NCBI GenBank assembly: GCA_004764695.1
Contig: SMSO01000025.1
Span: 372,001 to 436,000 of the forward strand
Origin: Schizochytrium sp. TIO01
Lineage: Eukaryota; Protista; Bigyra: Labyrinthulomycetes
Length of the DNA stretch: 64,000 nucleotides
Direction: 5' to 3'
Of the stretch, positions 23,401 through 33,767 are shown one piece after another. Made by a program: the position numbers and the translations under genes. Numbering within the stretch: position 1 is the first letter of the stretch; each line of letters begins with the position of its first letter. Under the pieces are notes generated by a model, which searched no databases, was not told the origin of the DNA, and saw only the letters and a list, made by a program, of their open reading frames with translations.

Positions 23401-23740
23401 ATGGCAACACTTGTTGAAGAAGGTAAGTATTGCGGAACGAGGTAGAAAAGGCAGGTCAGAGTGTCAGCAGGAAATGGGTTCTCGATGGCTGACATGACGC
23501 TTGAGAACTACAGGCGAAGCGAGGAGGCAGAAGAGGAGTAATCTCGGGAAGTCTTTGAAGGATTATGAACCGAAGTTGCGCATGCTAGCTATTGGCATTT
23601 TTGCACCTTTGTTAATCTGGTTTATTTACAGTTTAGCTCGGGATCCTGCGTTGCCCATGATAATGAAGAGGGCTGGCTTTGCTATCCGCGATCGATTTGC
23701 AATGTATCTTGGGCCAACTCCAAAGTACAAGCGCCGCTAG
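23401..23740 (+). CDS. Small single-TM protein, 82 aa (exons 23401-23422 and 23514-23740)
   Basis: Canonical intron GTAAGT...GCTGAC...CTACAG (23423-23513) gives MATLVEEGEARRQKRSNLGK...IGIFAPLLIWFIYSLARDPALP...KYKRR. Confidence 0.75.
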
Positions 23741-24266
23741 CCCTTCCACTATAAAGGTCTATTGCAGGATCCTTGTACGTAATTTGCAGCCAGGTATCAA
23801 GGTTTCTTCATAAAAATAGAATGACTTTACAGCTGTGTTGATGTTGGTAAGACTGCAAATCGACCCAAGCTCAGCTTGTATTTAATTGTGGTGATGAAAT
23901 AAAACTTACACTTCAAGTGCAAAAGTCTTCTTATTCAAAATGATCCACCCTGGACAGTGAAGACAAAAAGAAAGCGATTCACATAGAGAATATTTCACAG
24001 AGGAAAGCTTGTGCCTGTTTATGACACCTTGGAGGTGCTATGTCAAGGCTTGAAATGGGTCGAGATTTACAATTTGAGTATTCTTTTTAAATCAAAATGA
24101 AACAAACAAACAAAAACATATTGGAAATAGTCGAAGTATGCGTTCTTGTTGAAGAAAATACGAGATAAATGAACCTGGAACTTGGTCTTGTTAACTATCT
24201 TCTGCACAGTACGAGACGAACTGGACGGATAAATATGGGCCTAAACACCGCCATGATTTTCTCAAT

Positions 24267-26519
24267 TTACTCACTAGGTCGTGGTGGTTCTGACCGTGTC
24301 GTAAGTGCACCTTCCGTAGCCTCGTTCTCAGTCTCTCCGTCATCAGCGTTATCTTTTGAATTGGACCCCCCACCAATGTCAGGATTCGCCGTAACTGGGG
24401 ATGTTGGCAGTTCAGAAGTTGGCTTCGAACTTCCTTTCTTTAATCTAGCTGTAAAAGTTTTCACGATGCGAACAATATTGTAAGGATCAACATTTGATGT
24501 AGCCTCGCCCGAAGTAAGACCGTTGTTCATTTGTTCACGAAGTAAAAGGGTCTTCTTAAACTTCCGTAGGTTTTCAGCATGAATAGATTTGAGGAACCGC
24601 GGGAAGTTGTCGCGCTCAAGTTGCTTATAAATCTCCTTGCGTGCTTCATCATACAAGTCCTCGGCATAGGCTCTGCCATCAAAGGCTAAAAGCTTACTGC
24701 GCTGAGAATCATTAATATTGACTTGAAACTGTGCAGATTCATCGATATATCGATGTATCATCTGTCCATGGATTCTATTTATAAATGCCCAACGATCTTT
24801 ATACACATCGACCTGTTCAACAAAGAGCAAACTCTCTACAGCAAATTCTGACGTGAGAAAGACTTTAAAGAATTGAAGACTTTGCTTGTCCGCAAACATA
24901 CTATCAAAACTTTTCAGTGATTCAATCTTTTCGTCATCGATTCTAGAAATAGCTTGTTGCACACCGGGATCTTCTTCGACGAATAGCACGCTGTCTACGT
25001 CATGATTGCGAGATGATGGATGAATCTTTCCACTTTTATTATCACTGAGATGTTTCTCATGTCCCTTCTCGTCCACGTTAAAGAAAGTAATTAGTTGATC
25101 CATGACAGTGTCAATAAAATGAGACTCGAGAAGATTTTCATCATCTTTTTTGCTGTTTTCATCATCATCTTCTTGGGAAAGCAAATATAAAGTTCGAGCT
25201 AACTTTCTCACAACCGTCGTGGTCTTATGAATTGGACGAACCACATTGCGCTGTACATCTCGATTGAAAAAGAAGGAGGACAAACCCATAAGAAAAACTA
25301 GAAGAAAAGTCATGACGATATTAAGCCTTGCTTGTTGCTGTTCAACGATTGTCTCATCAAGCTCTGCATAATTATTATCATCAGTATACATTCGCGTTCT
25401 ATATTTCTCCCATGAGCTGAGGTAAAGTGTATCGTTTCGATACTTCACTTCGCCCTTAATTTTGACCTCCAATAAGAATTCCTGCTGTTGACTTTTGTAC
25501 ATTTCTAAAAAAGTGTCCCCTAATTCTAGATCTGGATCTGACATGTTGTACGCACGTTGAACCATGATAAACCCATCTTCTGGGGACGAGTCTGTAGTGT
25601 GCACCTCCAAGTAAGGCATAACAAGCAGCAATAAAATTGTGCCAATAATAACTCTTTTGCCCAGAAGATCTGCCAATCTTAATCCCAGTTTATTAGGCGC
25701 GCGAACAATAGCTTCTCCCTTTTGAGGCAAATACTTTCGCGTCATATAGAAGCGCAAAAGTCGTAGCAACCGGAAAATACGTAGGACCCGTGCAAATCGA
25801 ACAACACGAAGCAAACGTAGGGCACGAGAAGTTCGAGTTCCAGCTCGAAACATGCGACCAGCTCGAAGAATGGCAAGGTTCTCCTGGTCTTCATCTGACG
25901 AGGTGATTGCATCCCAGATAAAAGAGATGTCAGGAAGTAAGCTTATGAGGGCTACAAAATCGAGCCAGAAAAAGAACGAGAAGACGTAACCTTTGCGAAA
26001 CTTGATCGAAAGAACCAGCTCTACAAGGAAAATAATCAATGTAACACAGAGTAAAGCATCTAGTGCTTTATCTGAGTTTGGTTGAGCATATAAGAGGAAA
26101 AAATCGGGCCCAAACAAAGCACACAATGTGGCACAAGCAATCAAACCTTGAACAAGCGGGCAGTCAAGAACTGCAAGGATAAATTCTGATCGAGACATTG
26201 GCTTATACTCTCCAGAGCCATTTTTATCACGCACTATACCTGCTGCGCCTGCAGCCATAGCATATGCTTTTTTGCTGAACGAAGTGTCGGCTGCGCGCTG
26301 TGCGAAAGGCGCGAGTATAGCTCGTTTAAAAGATTCATTCGACCCACGACGACCTGTACGACGAGGTCCTGCGCCAAGTGCAGCGGATGAGTTTTCGCGA
26401 ACATTAGCAACTGTTGCTCTCACCTCCATTTCTATTTCTTTCGGAGATGGCTTTTTCTTTGAAGGGAACGAAGCCTGAAGACCATTGTCTGGTGCAATAT
26501 ATTTGTCATGGCCATTCAT
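24267..26519 (-). CDS. 6-TM voltage-sensor (Ion_trans-like) protein fused to a C-terminal RGS domain
   Basis: S2 IFLVELVL, S3 FFFWLDFVALISLLPD, Arg-periodic S4 (RAGRMFRAGTRTSRALRLLRVVRFARVLRIFRLLRLLR) and two more TM segments. RGS motifs FKVFLTSEFAVESLLF, YIDESAQFQVNI, LERDNFPRFLKS. Confidence 0.88.
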   Translation of the reverse strand: MNGHDKYIAPDNGLQASFPSKKKPSPKEIEMEVRATVANVRENSSAALGAGPRRTGRRGSNESFKRAILAPFAQRAADTSFSKKAYAMAAGAAGIVRDKNGSGEYKPMSRSEFILAVLDCPLVQGLIACATLCALFGPDFFLLYAQPNSDKALDALLCVTLIIFLVELVLSIKFRKGYVFSFFFWLDFVALISLLPDISFIWDAITSSDEDQENLAILRAGRMFRAGTRTSRALRLLRVVRFARVLRIFRLLRLLRFYMTRKYLPQKGEAIVRAPNKLGLRLADLLGKRVIIGTILLLLVMPYLEVHTTDSSPEDGFIMVQRAYNMSDPDLELGDTFLEMYKSQQQEFLLEVKIKGEVKYRNDTLYLSSWEKYRTRMYTDDNNYAELDETIVEQQQARLNIVMTFLLVFLMGLSSFFFNRDVQRNVVRPIHKTTTVVRKLARTLYLLSQEDDDENSKKDDENLLESHFIDTVMDQLITFFNVDEKGHEKHLSDNKSGKIHPSSRNHDVDSVLFVEEDPGVQQAISRIDDEKIESLKSFDSMFADKQSLQFFKVFLTSEFAVESLLFVEQVDVYKDRWAFINRIHGQMIHRYIDESAQFQVNINDSQRSKLLAFDGRAYAEDLYDEARKEIYKQLERDNFPRFLKSIHAENLRKFKKTLLLREQMNNGLTSGEATSNVDPYNIVRIVKTFTARLKKGSSKPTSELPTSPVTANPDIGGGSNSKDNADDGETENEATEGALTTRSEPPRPSE

Positions 26520-28431
26520 GTCGGCTGATCTGAGACACTTAGCAAATTAATATCAGTATCTCACATTCAAGTTGTGCCCCAAACACATGCGCCAAACCTG
26601 GCAGCACCCACAGAGCTGAGACCTCCTATGAACTCCAGGCTCTTCAGCTCCGAGGAGCCCTCGCAAAATCAAAACTTGTTCGTGGGGTGAGTTAGACTGC
26701 CGCTACTACGCCGTGCAAGCAGTGGCTTAAAACTGCTTGCTGGCGCTCGTTTGCCAGCTATATTTGCTGATTTGGTTGATTATATGATAATATACTAAGA
26801 ATTCAGGGCACTGTGCACTCTTGCAAAAGAAGGACTCGTGTGGCACGGATTTGGCACATAAGGTTCTAGTAGATCTGTTTATAACAAGTAAAATGAAAGA
26901 ATCGTGCACACGTGCGTACCCTTTCGTTGCACAGCGAATAGTATTGATTCGTTACTATCAACTTGGAATCATTCAGATACAGCAAGAAGCAATAGTCGCT
27001 ATAATTGAAGCATGTGGCAGAGGGAAGATTGGACACTAAACGAATCTGAAAGTCACATCTAGATTTCACTGAAGCTGCAACTGAGTTGTCACCTACTAAA
27101 GCACAAGGTGATACTTTACAGCATTTTCAGCAAACAGGCGTCCATTGACACTGCAACAGTGATCACCAGGGTTCTATTTAGTACACACCATCCTTTAGGG
27201 TTTGCAATCCAAAGATCCGTTATAAATAGACCAATTACCGTTAATCCGTTACAAATAGGCCTTTAGTTGCTATAGATTGGTAAAGTTTTAAATCCAACTT
27301 GTTTCTTCATTCAACGTGCCCCCCCTCATTCCCTGAATCCTGTACTTCCCTTGGCTTGGTTCATCCTGTCGAGGCAGTGTCGACAACTGGGAGTCAGGGT
27401 GAGGATGTTTATTGGAAACAAATTTGGAAGTCGAATGTACTTTCTCGGTTGAACCTTTGCATTTCTATTGGTTTAGTCCTAACTCGTTTTAGCTCGGCAA
27501 ACATTTTTTCTTCTTTATTCTTCTCGGAAACTATTTTGAGTCATGCCATCATATTGAACCTAAAAAGGAAGGAGGAAGAAAAAAGAAATGAGAAACAATT
27601 AATCAGGAAGGGAAGTACAAAACGAGGAATAGAGCAAGCGAAGCCAACGGCAGAATCTAGGTAGTATGTTAGTTAACTTTACCGTACCAAGCAACCTAGC
27701 TCAGAAAGACTTAGAAAGATATATCTGACTCCCTCTGTCTAAAAGGAGAAGGGGGAAGGAGGAGGAGAAGAAGAAGAAGGAGAGAAATATTGAAGAAAGA
27801 GTAAGCTTGTGTTTTCTCCTACGACCCCACATCTATCCACACCTCAGAGACAGGAAATTCTAACTTTTCCATTCTGTCAAGCACCTTTTCTTTGTAGGCT
27901 ACATGTCTATTTGGAGAGTCAGCGGAGCCCCAACGTAGTACTTCGAATCAGATCGACTTTGAGATCAGCAGGGGTAGTAGTATTCAAACCAGTAACTGTG
28001 GATGCACCTTCTGTTCGTTGGAATAATACACAATATTTATATGTTGATTGCGTGACTTCATTCTGAGTAGGTTTTTCATTTCGTTCTTTCTATATAGTAT
28101 AAATTGAGTGCATAGCAAACCAAGATTGCATTCATTTTGGTGCTTCCAAAACGGCCTTTGCCAGTGCGATTCTTGAAGATAGAGTAAGAACAGTTCAAAT
28201 TCAAGTTTGCAGACCATAATACTACCCAGCGAGGTAGACTCGCTAGATGCAAGGCAACACTAGGTCTCTACGTATCTCTCTAGGTTCCTCTGCAAGCGTT
28301 AGGTGCATAGCATCATCTTCGTCACGCTAATGCAGAATCTCCTCGACATCCATTTATTCAACGTCGTCTAGTGTTAAGTCTGCAAGAAACTTCACGCTTG
28401 CACTGAGTTATCAAAATTGCTGGTAACGTTC

Positions 28432-29553
28432 ATGACACAGTACACAACATGCTTGAACTCAACAGCAACAGGACTGTTTTCATTATGTCTATATGGCAAC
28501 TGCACTTCATCAGGAACTTGCGAATGTTTTGAAGGCTTTGAGAGTTGGAAACTTGTAACGTTTGAAGAACACTGTCATGTTTCCTCAAGCTTGAAGACAT
28601 TTTCCTATGTCCTAATTGGAGTCTTCAATATGGTCACTGTATTTCACACGCTTCTCCGGCTTTCTGGACGAGGAGGAAGTTCCTACTTTCGAAATGCATC
28701 TCGAGCAGCTGCAGTGCAAGGAATATGCACGACTATATTTTTTTTTGTCTTAAGTTCAAGCAGATCAGTAAGCATTGGATTACTTGCTGTCTTGTATACA
28801 GGATTTGTATTTGTTATTTACATGTCATGCTTGATTGTCATGGGTTTATTACAGCCAATCTTTCGAATAACAAGGCAACGTTTCAAGTGGTTCCATAAAA
28901 GGTATGTGAAGCTTCTTCTTGCATATGAGATTCTGTTTCACATTGTACTCCTTTTGGTGTTAATAATATACAATGGTTCTTCAGAGTTTGAACAAGTCTT
29001 TGTTATATCTTTCCGCTTAGTATGCTCCAACATGATTCTCGTTTCTATAGCAATACTCTTTGTACTACATTACTTCACAACCTATCTTACGAAAGTTCTC
29101 CGTCGCCACTTGGATACCACACCTTTAAAGCATTCAGACGCCTATGCTCGCACAAGCCGCCTCTACAAGCGTCTTTATGTACTGCGAGGATTGAACCTCT
29201 TCGTTAATTTCTGTATTGCCATACTCATTGTATGCAATGTTCTATTTCATCAGTTTGGTTACCATCTACCTGAAGAGGTTTATCTCGTGTGCTTTTTCTT
29301 CAGCCCCTTAATAACTTTTTCTCCAACGGTTCTCCTTGTTACGCAAGCTCCTGGAACTCAATTTAAATCATACCGTGTGCCTCGAATCTTTCGTATTCGA
29401 AACCTCGATACGTTTTCATCTGCATCCAACCAACAGCTTCATGTGAATCGTCAAAATATTACAAATACACCCAGAGCGGATACAGACAATCAGGAACATC
29501 AAACATTACCTACGACAGAGGTATATAGTAGCCAAGTGTCCCCAAATTCTTGA
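28432..29553 (+). CDS. Seven-TM (GPCR-like) protein with an N-terminal EGF-like Cys domain
   Basis: CLYGNCTSSGTCECFEGF...C followed by seven hydrophobic stretches with basic internal loops and an S/T-rich tail. First ATG at 28432. Confidence 0.7.
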   Translation: MTQYTTCLNSTATGLFSLCLYGNCTSSGTCECFEGFESWKLVTFEEHCHVSSSLKTFSYVLIGVFNMVTVFHTLLRLSGRGGSSYFRNASRAAAVQGICTTIFFFVLSSSRSVSIGLLAVLYTGFVFVIYMSCLIVMGLLQPIFRITRQRFKWFHKRYVKLLLAYEILFHIVLLLVLIIYNGSSEFEQVFVISFRLVCSNMILVSIAILFVLHYFTTYLTKVLRRHLDTTPLKHSDAYARTSRLYKRLYVLRGLNLFVNFCIAILIVCNVLFHQFGYHLPEEVYLVCFFFSPLITFSPTVLLVTQAPGTQFKSYRVPRIFRIRNLDTFSSASNQQLHVNRQNITNTPRADTDNQEHQTLPTTEVYSSQVSPNS

Positions 29554-31301
29554 GTATATTGTGTCCTTTCTCATTTCGTAACTCGCTATAGTAGTTCATA
29601 TTCAGAATCACACACTATCTCATCGCTGTGTTGGAACCTTTGGTGATGACAGATAGTTGACGATGGATTGAGTTTTAGAGATATCTATTAATCCTGACTT
29701 GAAAGAACTTTAGGATCACAACAATCACAAATCATGTATAGTAGTACCTGACCTACTTGATGTTTTACAACGGGAAAATTACGCTCTGCAGAATATTAAA
29801 CCCTTGTGAGCGAGTGTGTAGGTCTAAAGCATATCTGTAACATAGCCCACTTGCACGACTTCCTTCTTCTTAGGTTCTTCGGTGCAGAAATCCAGCTTAC
29901 ATTGAAGCAAGGATTATTAATGACTGAAAGTTATCTGTTGTTCTTCCCACAAATTCTAGTTGGTCACATCCATACTACACCTTCTATTCGATCCAAATGC
30001 AACTCCATCCCTAAAGTAGATGAAATTGTGTAGACTTGAACAAGATGATATCTATATATTGCCGAAGCATTGAGCAATTTTTGCTTCTTTGCATCTTCTA
30101 AATTTTGCTAGGATCTCTTCTAAAAAAGAACTTTTCTTTGATTTCGAGGTCCATACTGTATATACTCTCTATACTAAGGGAGGTGCTTTGTTAATCATAC
30201 TTCGACCATCTCATGCCAGAAATACTTGCCCTGAAACGTCCAAACGCAGCTCATCGCTAGCTAGCTCAGAGAGTTCATACTGTCCACTCCGTCAGGCCCA
30301 AATGCACACTCCAAGAAAGTTTGATAGTACCTTATCACTCTCCCAGTGAAACTAGAGGTCAAGATTATCGCTGATTAATCAAAGTTTGTCCCCTCGAGAG
30401 ACGTCTCTAACCGTTACGCATACCTAATAATCCTCTTTCATCTCAATGCGTTCTTTACTACTTCCCTGGCAGGCAGATCTCTGCATGAGCAAACCTTTAC
30501 GCAAACAGACACGCCAGCCAAAGTATTACCAGGACACCTCATTCAATCTTAATCTGGTCCGCCTCAAATAGTCTTGCTACTCAAATAGTTTCCTTCGTCG
30601 TCACCTGCTGCAATCAAACGATTCCATTCTGTCCATATTCCCAGCACCCAGCACTTCTGACCCCACACGAAGCGTACATCGGTCGCAATCAACCCTAAGC
30701 CCCAAGGGGAGTAGTTTGCAAGTATTCTGGTTTAAAGTCGACGGAGAACCTTATTCTACCATAGCAAGTTATATAAGCGTATAAGAGTGAGCATGACGCA
30801 CGGATCCTAATTCGATGTACAATACCCCCAAATCTGGCCAATGCGCGAACAGGCGCCAAAGACGGGTGCAGAAGAACTGACAGGAGCAGTCTTAAGCGAT
30901 GATATGGGAAACTGGTAAGGGTTAAGGGAGAAGTAGGAAATTACAGTGACATATGAGACAGGGATAAGTGAAGATTGGAAGGCAGTATCTAACAGTTCGG
31001 ATGAGAGCGTATAGGGACAGATTGCGGGTCTGTAGAAAGACGAACTTGGAGCATTGGGCTTGACGGCGGTCAGCAAAACTGCAACTCGACGAGGGAGGTC
31101 ATACAAAAGAAAACAATACTAGAAGCTACACAAGAGCCAGAAGGTCTTGGCTTCAGAAGTAACAACAACGAGACGCGCAAGACTGATCTGAGACAGATAC
31201 TTCAGGTTCGGGAAGCATCGCAGCATCTTCAAGTCGAGTGCTGTCAACGTCTGCTTAGAGCGAGAGAATAACCTTCGGTAAAGAGAGGAAATAAAAAAGA
31301 A

Positions 31302-33023
31302 ATGTCTGCCTTTTCTTGGATCTTGGCGCTGACGGCGTGGCTCAATGCATATGGAACCAATATTCGCTTCGCAAATGGCGTTTTTCGCTCGGAGCGTAAA
31401 GTAGTTCTCGATGTACTCACTATTGTGCATGCTGGTCGTCTAGCACTTAAGGGTCGTATCATTCGTGCGCTGTCCCTAATTCTCGCTATTCTCAGGCTGA
31501 GCCCTGGAGAAAATCTCCAGCCCATTACCTTCTTTCAATACGTCTTCCAGCGCGCTCTTTGGGGAAAAGCTGGTGTGGCTCTTCCACCAATCGTACCGGT
31601 CGATGTCCTGGCGCAGGAAAGCCGAAACTTTTGGCAACGGCACGAAATGGAAAAGTCTTTGGCTACGAAGCTTGGGCCCATGTTTACAATTCTACGCCCA
31701 CTCAGTAGCACTGACTACAGTCCACTTGTCCCGATTATCTTTGTGAGTGATCCTAAAGCTGTCGAGACAGTTCTCACAGACAAGGTCACATATAATACGC
31801 GTGGCCACACGGGTTTTTCCTTACATGTAGGTGATGGACTCCTTGGTATGGTCTCAGGTCCTAAATGGTCCCACCACCGCCGTGTAGTGAGTACATTTCT
31901 GAGCGAAAAGCATCTTCGCGAGTATGCACCAGCAATTCAGAATCAGATTTCAATCATGCTGAGTAAATGGAGGAAAGCTGGTACGCTGAAGAAGCCCATC
32001 AACTGCTATTACGATATGTCAATGCTCACCCTTGACATTATTATGAACGTAGGCACTGGAGAGCACAATGAGCTATCGTCCCAGCAGCTCATTCCTGAAG
32101 AGGAAAACAGTTTTGCCTCTGATCTTGATTACGGTCTTCAGGACATCGTTATGCGCACTGCTATGCCAATCATGGACTATCTTCCCGAACCGAAAATTGT
32201 CGAGATTAAAGCTCGCATGGACATTATTTTTGATAAGGCCGTCGAGATTGCCAAGACAAAGCGCATTCCTAACTCCATGCTCGATGCTCTTCTCAATGCT
32301 AAAAATGATGATGGCACCCTTGCCCTTACAGAAAAGGAAGCCAACGAGGAGTTTAAAACCATTCGAGGTGCAGGACATGAGACAACCTCAAATACACTTT
32401 GTTTCATGCTCAAGCTTCTGCAGGAAAACCCTGACAAGCTTGCGACACTGCGTAAGGAGGTCGATCTTGTAGTGCAAGGGGAAACCACTACTTATGAGGA
32501 GGCACGTACGTTGAAATATGCCTACCAAGTTATGTTCGAAACCCTTCGACTCTATCCTACTGTGCCGTCGTTTCCTCGTGAAGCAAGCCAAGATGCCGAG
32601 TTGAATGGGTACATGGTACCTAAGGGCTCTCTCGTTTTTGTAAGTCAGTTTCCAATGAACAGGAATCCTGATATTTGGGAAGATCCAGATACTTTCAAAC
32701 CAGAGCGATTTGATGATCTTCCCGACCTGCATCCCACCAAGCCTGTTGGTGTACCTGGGAACAAAGATCTCAAGTACGCTTTTCTGCCATTTGGAGCAGG
32801 CTCGCGAACATGCGCCGGCGCACGACTTGCGATGATCGAGGGGGTCATGATTTTGTCCAGCATTGTCAAGAACATCGACTTTAAATTGGATATGCTCCCC
32901 GAGGAAAGTCTTTACGTTCAAAGCGATGTTACTCTCGGGCCCAAACATGGCTTGCCACTCCGCGTTCATGCTCGCGAATCCGTATTCCCAACAGTAATTC
33001 AAGAGACAGAAACAAAGCATTAG
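31302..33023 (+). CDS. Cytochrome P450
   Basis: WxxxR (WSHHRR), I-helix AGHETT, K-helix ETLR, PERF and heme signature FGAGSRTCAG. Confidence 0.96.
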   Translation: MSAFSWILALTAWLNAYGTNIRFANGVFRSERKVVLDVLTIVHAGRLALKGRIIRALSLILAILRLSPGENLQPITFFQYVFQRALWGKAGVALPPIVPVDVLAQESRNFWQRHEMEKSLATKLGPMFTILRPLSSTDYSPLVPIIFVSDPKAVETVLTDKVTYNTRGHTGFSLHVGDGLLGMVSGPKWSHHRRVVSTFLSEKHLREYAPAIQNQISIMLSKWRKAGTLKKPINCYYDMSMLTLDIIMNVGTGEHNELSSQQLIPEEENSFASDLDYGLQDIVMRTAMPIMDYLPEPKIVEIKARMDIIFDKAVEIAKTKRIPNSMLDALLNAKNDDGTLALTEKEANEEFKTIRGAGHETTSNTLCFMLKLLQENPDKLATLRKEVDLVVQGETTTYEEARTLKYAYQVMFETLRLYPTVPSFPREASQDAELNGYMVPKGSLVFVSQFPMNRNPDIWEDPDTFKPERFDDLPDLHPTKPVGVPGNKDLKYAFLPFGAGSRTCAGARLAMIEGVMILSSIVKNIDFKLDMLPEESLYVQSDVTLGPKHGLPLRVHARESVFPTVIQETETKH

Positions 33024-33237
33024 AACTATAAATCAATAATGTGAAAAGGACACTCTACGTTTGACTCTTACGCTATTAAGAAGAGACTTATACTGTCTAA
33101 GAGATCGTGATCGTTCCATGTCCTTTTACAATTGTCTCTTGGGTCTTTACCTTTCTATCTATTTAAGTAATAACAGCTGCTGCCTAACCTTATACATTCA
33201 TCCCTGACTGTATTCAGACCTGAAACCCCGATAACTC

Positions 33238-33259
33238 ATATATATATATATATATATAT
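33238..33259. repeat. (TA)n microsatellite
   Basis: Perfect AT dinucleotide run. Confidence 0.9.
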
Positions 33260-33767
33260 CATCCTCTTCCTCTTTCTCCTGAGTTCGTCATCCTTGTCAG
33301 ACTACCTCTCCACGCTTCACAGCACAGGCTACTCTGCAATACTATTCAAATGCCCTGCATTAAAAAAAAAGCAAAAGCGAAAGCGTCTCGACACAGGTAG
33401 TATAGTCGCACAGCTGTAAACTTTTGCGATTATATGACTTGATCCTTTCTTCTAAGCTCAGATCAATTTCGAATGGTGTGATTTTGATTTTCAAACCATT
33501 CACTTCCAACTGCAATCACATGCAAACTCAAAAACAACGAGGCAACAAGCTGTCTTGATCATTAAGTGATGATCCATCTTATAACGTTAGAAATTCTTTT
33601 CTACTGAGTAAGTTAAAAGTTAGAAATGAAAGTTACGGAAGCTTATTGTTCTCTTTAATTCAATCATGTTGTGAGGGCGACTATGAAACAAATGTTCCCT
33701 ACCTACCATATTTAGGACTTTAATTTGATGCTTCTGTTTCCCAATAGAAACTAGCTATTAGTATAAT

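Noticed and set aside
23485-23560. Apparent third +1 frameshift at GAG-TAA (MADMTLENYRRSEEAEEE-stop)
   Set aside because: A canonical GTAAGT...GCTGAC...CAG intron (23423-23513) links the ATG at 23401 to the downstream frame. This also weakens any claim of pervasive Euplotes-style stop-codon frameshifting here.
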